Below are positions 1-6,428 of a stretch of 46,096 nt of DNA, one piece after another. The notes under the pieces were generated by a model. The model was not told where the DNA came from and searched no databases. It saw only the letters and a program-made list of their open reading frames with translations. Source of the stretch: an uncultured Candidatus Saccharibacteria bacterium (GTDB lineage Bacteria; Patescibacteriota; Minisyncoccia; Phycocordibacterales; UBA9973); the NCBI GenBank assembly GCA_964554645.1, contig CAZKPK010000004.1, positions 1 through 46,096 of the forward strand, read 5' to 3'. Both the position numbers and the translations under genes were made by a program. How positions within the stretch are numbered: the first letter of the stretch is position 1; the number at the start of each line of letters is the position of its first letter.

Positions 1-2332
1 TTGGATTAAGCAGATTGTTATTTTTATCTTTATATTGGGCGGAAGATTTATAGGTCACATCAACCCTTCCGCCAGTGGGAAGAGCGATTTGTTTTAATAG
101 ATCCATAGGAGTTTTAACGGCGTTTAAAAGCACTCGTCCGTCTTTAAACATATCTGGCGATCCGTCAGCATTCATATCTATCGCCGATCTATCATATATA
201 GTTCGATACACATCATAGCTAAAAGACGAGGTTGTAAAACTTTTGCCTTGATTAATATAAATATGATAACCTTCTCCCCCTTCGGGGGCTAAAAGATCAT
301 TTAAGCCGTCATTGTTAAAATCAGCAATCATAACTTTATAATTATAATTTCTGTACTCTCCGCTAAAAAAATATGTAAAATCTGGCGGAAGAACATAACT
401 TGAATCTAATTGCCATGAAGAACCATTATTAATGTATACTTTTTGAATCATAAAGGAACTCAACCGATCCACATATATCGACGATTCAATAATATCCGAC
501 AAATTATCGCCGTTGATGTCAAACATTAGATACTTGCTGTTCGTGCTATCTCCGATGAAATCAGGCGTGTAGGCATAAGCCGCAGTGCCAGTGTTTGTTC
601 CTCCTGTATGATTATCTATTGAAACATAATCAAAACCGTTTCCATTATTTAGGGATGTCTTGGTATTATAATAAAGTTCTGTGCTAGAAGTAGAACGCGG
701 AGAACTATCTTGGATATAGTCAATTAATCCGTCTCCGTTTAAATCTTGAGAATAAAGAGTATAATTGGGGCTTTCAACATAATTCACATTATATTTCAAA
801 TCATTGTTTGGTATATTAGTCCATCCGTTTCCATTATTTATTTCTTTATCGTGTTTCGCGTAACTGGATCCAAATGGTGTTCTGATTAAGTCATTTTTAC
901 CGTCGCCATTTACATCTAAAAGTCTTGTTCCTCCATCAAAACCGCTTCTACTTTGTGTGTAGTTCATTATATCAGAGGGCACTGTATAATTTATGCTTAA
1001 TTTGAATGAATTTGTTACGGGGTCATATAAATATATATTTTTGTCAGAAAAGTAATTGTAAAACACATATTCATATGCTTTTACCACATCTGGGTATGCA
1101 TCTCCATTTACATCGCCCATAATAATGCCATAACTTTGGCTATTATTCCCACTGTACCCGACAAAAATGGGCGAATTACCTCCTATTGTATTGGTTAATC
1201 CTACTGCATCTGCTTGAAATATTGGGTCTCGATGCGCAGTGTAATCAAATGTTGTTGCCGGCAAAATTGTACCAACATTGTTTGCATCGTAACCTATTTC
1301 GGTAATTGATTGAAGCAGTGATCTTACTTTATTGTTGCCAGTTGTATAGACAAGCACATATTTTTTTGTAAGCGTATTTGAAACTTTTGTTTGAATTTCT
1401 GAAATGCGACTGCTCGCTGTCACAGAAAACGCGAAGGCATAACTTGTCAGCATATCTATCCTCGTTTCCCTCAGAAATTCAATTTCAAAAATACCATCAG
1501 TGTCCACATTGCCTGTGTATTTTATTTTTTCAGGATAAATCTGGCCGGTATCTTTATAATATTCATACGTTATATAATTATTATTTGTATCTCTCGTCTC
1601 TGCCAGCATCCATTTATAAATATGAGCTGAATTTTCGGAATCATCTTGTCTAGTAGAAGAATCGGAGCCAAATTTATATGTCGTCCCTTGCTTATCAGTC
1701 ACCAGCCATTGGTTATTTGTGAAAGCATAGCTGGAAAAATTTCCAGACTCTGTTTTGGGCATGAATTTTCCCCCGCCTTGAGAGACTAATTCCCCAGCGA
1801 GCGAAGAATAGAAATAATTTTCTGAATAAAGTTTGTCGGTACCCGTTTTATTTATTCTTTCAATATATGGGAGATTGATATTCCAACCATAACCAAAAAT
1901 ATTATCGTTGTTTTTGTTGTTGCTATTGTATTGAAGTTTAAGGTCTGGAGTGAGACCATTTCTCCACGGAGGAACGGCTATTGGATAATCAAAGGTTAAA
2001 GCCCCACTATTTAAATCAGTCTTTGGTTGCAAGGTTTTTTGAGCACTGGATGTATTAGATGATTCTGTTGTCCCCTGACTAACTGTGCTGGCTGTAACAT
2101 TGCTTTGTGATTTTTTTGTAATCTTGCCTGCTACGGATTTATCGGTTTTTGACACAGAAGAAACAGCCGCGGAAGTTTTAGACGCTGTTTTTGAAGAAGA
2201 ATTTACAACCTTGGCGGGCGTAGATGCAGTATTCGATGTTGCCTTTTCAGCCAAGACAAAAGAAATTGGTTGAAAGACCAAAAATGCGATGATTAAGATA
2301 GAAATTATTTTGAATTTTGGATTAAGTGACAT
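1..2332 (-). CDS. Partial CDS (N-terminal part; continues past the left edge): secreted SpvB/TcdB-N-terminal + FG-GAP/VCBS-repeat protein, TcB/RHS toxin-complex family
   Basis: The minus-strand frame is open from ATG at 2332-2330 to position 1; it is absent from the ORF track because no stop lies in the window. Hand translation gives MSLNPKFKIISILIIAFLVFQPISFVLA (signal peptide), then LTFDYPIAVPPWRNGLTPDLKLQYNSNN..GYGWNINLPYIER (SpvB/TcdB N-terminal signature). Repeated DxNGDG-type motifs follow: DVNGDAYPDVV, DVNGDGKNDLI, DLNGDGLIDYI, DINGDNLSDII, DFNNDGLNDLL, DMNADGSPDMF. Confidence 0.8.
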   Translation of the reverse strand, partial: MSLNPKFKIISILIIAFLVFQPISFVLAEKATSNTASTPAKVVNSSSKTASKTSAAVSSVSKTDKSVAGKITKKSQSNVTASTVSQGTTESSNTSSAQKTLQPKTDLNSGALTFDYPIAVPPWRNGLTPDLKLQYNSNNKNNDNIFGYGWNINLPYIERINKTGTDKLYSENYFYSSLAGELVSQGGGKFMPKTESGNFSSYAFTNNQWLVTDKQGTTYKFGSDSSTRQDDSENSAHIYKWMLAETRDTNNNYITYEYYKDTGQIYPEKIKYTGNVDTDGIFEIEFLRETRIDMLTSYAFAFSVTASSRISEIQTKVSNTLTKKYVLVYTTGNNKVRSLLQSITEIGYDANNVGTILPATTFDYTAHRDPIFQADAVGLTNTIGGNSPIFVGYSGNNSQSYGIIMGDVNGDAYPDVVKAYEYVFYNYFSDKNIYLYDPVTNSFKLSINYTVPSDIMNYTQSRSGFDGGTRLLDVNGDGKNDLIRTPFGSSYAKHDKEINNGNGWTNIPNNDLKYNVNYVESPNYTLYSQDLNGDGLIDYIQDSSPRSTSSTELYYNTKTSLNNGNGFDYVSIDNHTGGTNTGTAAYAYTPDFIGDSTNSKYLMFDINGDNLSDIIESSIYVDRLSSFMIQKVYINNGSSWQLDSSYVLPPDFTYFFSGEYRNYNYKVMIADFNNDGLNDLLAPEGGEGYHIYINQGKSFTTSSFSYDVYRTIYDRSAIDMNADGSPDMFKDGRVLLNAVKTPMDLLKQIALPTGGRVDVTYKSSAQYKDKNNNLLNP

Positions 2333-2386
2333 TGGTTTGATTTAGGATTGATAATGATTGATGTTATTGTCTCATATTTTTTTAAT

Positions 2387-2683
2387 TCACCAAAATTCAA
2401 TATTCTTTTCTCTCGTTTCTTTTAAAAAATTAATAAGCCAATCGGGCACAGGGATTGCTTCTTTTGATTTTATGTCATACCCCAGATGATCCACTATATA
2501 GCTTGCACGGAAAGCATCTATGTCGTTATGAATTTCTAAAATCATGTCAGTAAATTTTTTAGGGTAATTATCAAAATCGTCAATGATTTTATAAATAAGT
2601 TCAACAAGATTATTTGTTGCAACCTTTTGCTCTATTGAAAAATCTATTTCTTTGCAAATTTCTTTAATTATTTTTTTAGACAT
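2387..2683 (-). CDS. Putative immunity protein for the upstream RHS C-terminal toxin (small cytoplasmic acidic protein)
   Basis: 98-aa ORF starting 1 nt after the stop of the RHS-core gene on the same strand. No signal peptide. Position is typical of a cognate immunity gene. No family recognised. Confidence 0.4.
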   Translation of the reverse strand: MSKKIIKEICKEIDFSIEQKVATNNLVELIYKIIDDFDNYPKKFTDMILEIHNDIDAFRASYIVDHLGYDIKSKEAIPVPDWLINFLKETREKNIEFW

Positions 2684-2684
2684 A

Positions 2685-3809
2685 TTATTTTACTAATTTA
2701 GTGATAAACTTCGCTGCAGATGAAATCGTGGGTAGCGCCTGCATTGCTCCAGAAGAAATATATTGTTGAAGTTTAGGTACACTACCTAACACCCCAGAAG
2801 AAATTATCTTCGAAGCATTTGGCGTAGTTGTAATTCTAATAACTTTATCTCCTACATTTGCGGTATTGTTTATCTTGCCTAAGTTTTGAGGCCTCATCTC
2901 AACTAAAGACTTTCCTGTATTTTGTATAGTCTGAATTGCCTCTGTTTTTGTCAAACCTGTTGCTTTTTGAATTGCATCAAAACCTTTATTTACTAGTGTA
3001 TCAACCCTGTCTGCCATCGGTAATTGACTTAATGTTCCAAGCCTTATACCCGTCATTATTTGCGTACCAGCAATGGTTGCACCATATACCGCAAGAGGTG
3101 TCACACCGATAATTCCCGGTACATAAGGATGTTCCATCGCTGTCTGCCAACCGTTACTCATATATTGTGTCGCTTCTCCAACTTCTCCTGAAAAATCATT
3201 CCAGGATTGCTTCCCGGTTAAGTATTCCTCGTACCATTTCCCCTCCGAATCACTCAAGGTGATTGGATTGTTCTTGGCGTAGGAATATGAATTTTGGGAT
3301 TGTGGATCGGTCAGGAAGGTGTTGAAGATTTCTTTGCCTTGGGATTCTAGATTTAGAAATACTGGATCTTGGCTCAAGAATTTTCCCGCGCTTGAATCAT
3401 AATACCTCGCATTCAGATAGTTGAGTTTAGTCGTTTCGTCATACTCCTGTCCGATGTATTTCCTCTGTTCTGAAAAAGCGTTTTCTTTTTTATCCACCCT
3501 AACACCGCCAAAGGGTAAGTAGTCCAAAGTTTCCACAACCGCTCCAGTCTCGTCAGTCACCACATTAGTTGAGCCCAGATTATCAGTGTGAATGTAATTA
3601 ACCTTGGCCGCACTACCTGTTCCTTCAATTGTTGCCACTTCCACGCCATTAGCAAAAATGTGTTTCGTGACTTTGCCATTGGAATCAATGTTGTAATACT
3701 TGGAGGGGTAGGTGGTGGTGGTTGCTTCTTGAGCAGAGACAGAAGTAAAAGGAGTTAGAATGAAGGAGAAAGCCAATAGGGCTACGCTTAATTTTCTGAT
3801 TGATTTCAT
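2685..3809 (-). CDS. Short secreted RHS repeat-associated core domain protein with a variable C-terminal (toxin) domain
   Basis: Signal peptide MKSIRKLSVALLAFSFILTPFTSVSAQEA. RHS core motifs YIHTDNLGSTNVVTDETGAVVETLDYLPFGG and RKYIGQEYDETTKLNYLNARYYDSSAGKFLSQDP. The core ends around NNPITLSDSEG, followed by about 190 aa of unrecognised sequence. Confidence 0.8.
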   Translation of the reverse strand: MKSIRKLSVALLAFSFILTPFTSVSAQEATTTTYPSKYYNIDSNGKVTKHIFANGVEVATIEGTGSAAKVNYIHTDNLGSTNVVTDETGAVVETLDYLPFGGVRVDKKENAFSEQRKYIGQEYDETTKLNYLNARYYDSSAGKFLSQDPVFLNLESQGKEIFNTFLTDPQSQNSYSYAKNNPITLSDSEGKWYEEYLTGKQSWNDFSGEVGEATQYMSNGWQTAMEHPYVPGIIGVTPLAVYGATIAGTQIMTGIRLGTLSQLPMADRVDTLVNKGFDAIQKATGLTKTEAIQTIQNTGKSLVEMRPQNLGKINNTANVGDKVIRITTTPNASKIISSGVLGSVPKLQQYISSGAMQALPTISSAAKFITKLVK

Positions 3810-3888
3810 TGCTCTTACTATATATGATTTAAGAGAATTGTCAAGGTTTTTAGTGGGTTTTGCGTTAGGTCTTGCCTAACGCAAGACC

Positions 3889-3900
3889 TTTGATGCGGTG
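3889..3900 (+). repeat. Degenerate copy (tttgatgcggtg) of the attggatgcggta motif, preceded by overlapping alternative hairpins
   Basis: Shares gcaaga-N2-tt-N-gatgcggt with the copy at 6053-6071. gcgttagg/cctaacgc (3862-3882) and ggtcttgc/gcaagacc (3868-3888) are mutually exclusive 8-bp stems. Confidence 0.5.
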
Positions 3901-3929
3901 AAACAATAAATATTGGGTCCCACGTCACA

Positions 3930-3957
3930 TTGACATTTTTGTTGGACTTGCTATACT
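3930..3957 (+). promoter_or_regulatory. Sigma70-like promoter upstream of the antitoxin gene
   Basis: TTGACA (3930-3935), 16-nt spacer, TATACT (3952-3957). It lies 29 nt upstream of ATG 3986. Confidence 0.5.
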
Positions 3958-3985
3958 ATATATGTTTTGTATATAAAAAAACTAT

Positions 3986-4279
3986 ATGACTACACAAGTA
4001 ATTTTCACAATAGATAAAAGACTAAAAAATGAAGCTATGCGCAAAGCTCGTTCTTTCGGTTTGCCATTCTCTTCAGTGCTCAATCTTGCCACTCGCGCTT
4101 TTGTAGACGGTAAAATAAATGTGGGGGTAATAAATAATCCGCCTTTAAATAATAAAACACGCCGCGAACTTATTAAAATTTCCAGTGATATAAAAATGGG
4201 TAAAAATCTTTTCGGCCCTTTTGACTCTAGTGAAAAAATGGATAAATTTCTTAACTCATTAGCATCGCATGCAAATTGA
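3986..4279 (+). CDS. RelB/DinJ-like (ribbon-helix-helix) antitoxin
   Basis: 97 aa. N-terminus VIFTIDKRLKNEAMRKARSFGLPFSSVLNLATRAFV resembles the DinJ/RelB RHH. Overlaps the downstream toxin gene by 11 nt. Confidence 0.6.
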   Translation: MTTQVIFTIDKRLKNEAMRKARSFGLPFSSVLNLATRAFVDGKINVGVINNPPLNNKTRRELIKISSDIKMGKNLFGPFDSSEKMDKFLNSLASHAN

Positions 4280-4526
4280 ATTACATAGAAATTTCTTAAA
4301 GGGTTATATCAAACTTCCCAAGAAGATAAAGGAGAAATTTAAGGAAAGAAAAAGTTTATTTATTAAAAACAGTTTCCATCCAATCTTGAATAACCATTCA
4401 ATCGAATCGACTTACCCAAAGTGGCGAAGTATAAATATTACTGGTGATTATCGCGCTCTTTTTGAGGTGAAAGAAAAAAATATAGTCGTGTTTATGAAAA
4501 TTGGCACACATTCTGAGTTGTATTAA
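4269..4526 (+). CDS. RelE/YafQ-family mRNA interferase toxin
   Basis: 85 aa. LNNHSIESTYPKWRSINITGDYRALFEVKEKNIVVFMKIGTHSELY matches the RelE/YafQ C-terminal pattern (H-x-L..R-x-I-x-I..D-x-R..G-x-H-x-x-x-Y). Confidence 0.75.
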   Translation: MQIELHRNFLKGYIKLPKKIKEKFKERKSLFIKNSFHPILNNHSIESTYPKWRSINITGDYRALFEVKEKNIVVFMKIGTHSELY

Positions 4527-4565
4527 AATCAAAGGTCCAGACAAGGGTTCTGCGTTTTTTGTGGA

Positions 4566-4578
4566 ATTGGATGCGGTA
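4566..4578 (+). repeat. 13-nt motif attggatgcggta (copy B)
   Basis: Exact 13-mer, also at 6059-6071 and 6557-6569. Copies B and C share tgcgtt-N9-attggatgcggta. Confidence 0.6.
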
Positions 4579-4657
4579 GTTTAAAAACATTTTTTACTTC
4601 TGGACAACCCTTTTTTTCATTTTTGTGATAAGATAACTGTGAAAGGAAACAGTACAA

Positions 4658-4792
4658 ATGAAAGCAAGAATGAGTAAAATGAGTAATCAGAAACGCAGGC
4701 ACGTTAGGCGGGTTAAGACTAGTTTCAAGTCATCTAGCCGAAATATAATCCGAGCCATTCGGGAAAATGAAAGTTACTTTCATCATGATTAA
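4658..4792 (+). CDS. Candidate small, highly basic protein (44 aa)
   Basis: Not in the ORF track (below its size cutoff). ATG 4658 is preceded by aaaggaaac (AGGA about 10 nt upstream). Translation: MKARMSKMSNQKRRHVRRVKTSFKSSSRNIIRAIRENESYFHHD. An intrinsic terminator follows at 4837-4864. Confidence 0.3.
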   Translation: MKARMSKMSNQKRRHVRRVKTSFKSSSRNIIRAIRENESYFHHD

Positions 4793-4836
4793 GAGAGGAG
4801 GTGGTTAATATCTTCGCGAGACTAATCCTCTCGCCC

Positions 4837-4864
4837 GCCAGCGAATTTTCGCTGGCTTTTGTTT
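4837..4864 (+). terminator. Intrinsic terminator
   Basis: gccagcg-aatttt-cgctggc hairpin followed by ttttgttt. Confidence 0.6.
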
Positions 4865-4949
4865 CCCCCATTCTGACTGTGTTTGCGAAAACAAGGCTTC
4901 CGCGAGTTAAGAAACCACCCTTGTGAGATTCACAATTCCATTTTCGTGT

Positions 4950-4955
4950 TATAAT
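4950..4955 (+). promoter_or_regulatory. -10 box (TGtTATAAT) 6 nt upstream of ATG 4962; leaderless-type arrangement
   Basis: tgttataat gatcta ATG. Confidence 0.4.
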
Positions 4956-4961
4956 GATCTA

Positions 4962-5657
4962 ATGACTTTTTGGAAAAAAATGCCGTATTGGCTGAAAGTA
5001 ACAATAATTTTAGTAGGAATCGGGATAGTTCTTTTTGGACTATTTTTTATTGACGCTATCTTTTCCTGGAAAACGCCGATTTTTAGCTCAACAAATTATG
5101 AAGGAGTACGAAAAAAAGCAATTGAGACAAAAGATCCGTCCAAATGCGAGAAACTTGCAACAAATCTGGGAGACTTCAACCCACGGTCTAATTGTTACAG
5201 TGAATCCATCTTCGCAATAGGAGATGTATCACTGTGCGATCAATATCCCGTTAATAGGCTTATTTGTCGGTACAAAATAGCAGTTAAGCACTCGGATATA
5301 TCCCTCTGTACATTCACTGATCCAAACCAATATAATTTCTGCATATACCAAGTTGCGGCGGGAAGCAGAAATAGCACAATATGTGATTCGCTTAAGGAAA
5401 GCACTAATTACTCAAAACCAAGATGTATTCTTGGTATTATAGAAGATAATAATCAACACATTCCTGCGGCATTTTCTGTGCAAGACGCTTTGCGCATCTG
5501 CAACTTCATTCAGGATAAATACCTTAAAGATGTCTGTATTGGAAATATTCTCATTATGAGTAAAGATGCTTCCTTGTGTACTATGTTCAGTAACATCTCT
5601 AGTTTAAATGGTTATTTTGCAGTCGACGGCACTCCTGTGTTAGATGTTTGCAGATAA
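4962..5657 (+). CDS. Membrane-anchored Cys-rich repeat protein (unknown function)
   Basis: The ORF-track frame begins at GTG 4923, but ATG 4962 (MTFWKKMPYWLKVTIILVGIGIVLFGLFF) sits just after a TATAAT. One N-terminal TM helix. 12 Cys in recurring D/S-x-S-L/I-C units (VSLCDQY, ISLCTFT, STICDSL, ASLCTMF). Confidence 0.5.
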   Translation: MTFWKKMPYWLKVTIILVGIGIVLFGLFFIDAIFSWKTPIFSSTNYEGVRKKAIETKDPSKCEKLATNLGDFNPRSNCYSESIFAIGDVSLCDQYPVNRLICRYKIAVKHSDISLCTFTDPNQYNFCIYQVAAGSRNSTICDSLKESTNYSKPRCILGIIEDNNQHIPAAFSVQDALRICNFIQDKYLKDVCIGNILIMSKDASLCTMFSNISSLNGYFAVDGTPVLDVCR

Positions 5658-5689
5658 ATAAAAAGAGCCTCCGCCTAGACGGAAGCTCT
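5657..5689 (-). terminator. Intrinsic terminator (T-run on the minus strand) after the gene fragment; sits between convergent genes
   Basis: Hairpin agagcctccg-cctaga-cggaagctct. On the minus strand it is followed by ttttatt. Confidence 0.55.
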
Positions 5690-5702
5690 GTGATGATAAC
5701 TA

Positions 5703-6026
5703 TCAATATCCAACTGCCCGATAAAATCTGGTAGCCGGATTTGTTGATTGTCTGTCCACAAACGGCACTGTGCCATTCGTGTTGATGAGAACCGCCATTG
5801 TTTGCCAGTCAACGAGGTTCGAGGAGGTCTCAACTGAATAGCTGAAACCCGATGGCCCGGTTAGTTGAAACATCGCAAACCCGTTCGTGTCTTTCCCAGT
5901 GAGGGAGAGACTAAACGAATCTGGTATGCCGACAAAACCAAGAGAGACGTTTGTGATATTGACGCTGGACTGAATTTCGGAGAACGTGTCGAGACGGAGC
6001 CCGAGTGTTCGAGTGCCACCATCCAC
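5703..6026 (-). pseudogene. 5'-truncated paralogous fragment of the C-terminal domain of the 6429-8843 protein
   Basis: The 107-aa ORF aligns along its length with the last ~105 aa of the 822-aa ORF (LGLRLDTFSEIQSSVNITNV..FSLSLTG..SSNLVDWQ..NTNGTV.F.D..STN....FYRAV versus LGFRLDPFTNIQSVVTVTNV..FSLSLAG..STNLVNWT..NTNGAV.F.D..STN....FYRAV). The upstream catalytic domains are missing. The frame opens only 7 codons before the homology starts. Confidence 0.6.
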
Positions 6027-6058
6027 AATTTCCGGAAGTGGCTTGCGTTAGGCAAGAT

Positions 6059-6071
6059 ATTGGATGCGGTA
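6059..6071 (+). repeat. 13-nt motif attggatgcggta (copy C), at the truncation boundary of the gene fragment
   Basis: Exact 13-mer, preceded by the cttgc-gttag-gcaag hairpin. Confidence 0.6.
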
Positions 6072-6082
6072 AAAGAATAGTG

Positions 6083-6088
6083 TATAAT
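6083..6088 (+). promoter_or_regulatory. -10 box TATAAT 9 nt upstream of ATG 6098
   Basis: gtgtataat ataataagt ATG. Confidence 0.4.
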
Positions 6089-6097
6089 ATAATAAGT

Positions 6098-6364
6098 ATG
6101 AAAAAATATAAAAATGTTTTACTTGCGTTGGGATCTATTATAATTGCTTTCATCTTAATTTTTTCATTTCGTTTAATAGGCACAGGATATTTATTTATAT
6201 TTTATATATTCGCATTTATTGGAATATTTTTTGCTTATAAAAGCAATAAGGAAAAGGAAGCATCGTTGGTAAGTAATATTATGATTATAATTGCAGTATT
6301 AACTTTACTATATCCAGTTTTAGATGTACCTATTGCTTTTATAATTGATTCAATATTTCGATAA
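6098..6364 (+). CDS. Small 3-TM membrane protein (unknown function)
   Basis: Internal ATG of ORF 6005..6364: MKKYKNVLLALGSIIIAFILIFSF... The upstream part of the tracked ORF overlaps the fragment on the other strand and is GC-rich, unlike this AT-rich gene. Confidence 0.45.
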   Translation: MKKYKNVLLALGSIIIAFILIFSFRLIGTGYLFIFYIFAFIGIFFAYKSNKEKEASLVSNIMIIIAVLTLLYPVLDVPIAFIIDSIFR

Positions 6365-6380
6365 ACTGTAAATTTATAAT

Positions 6381-6407
6381 AAAAAAGAGCCCGCCGAAGC
6401 GAGCCCT
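6381..6407 (-). terminator. Intrinsic terminator of the FGE-domain gene
   Basis: On the minus strand, gggcucgc-uucg-gcgggcuc (with G-U pairs) is followed by tttttt. Confidence 0.55.
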
Positions 6408-6428
6408 GTGCTTTGATAACTGATCTGT

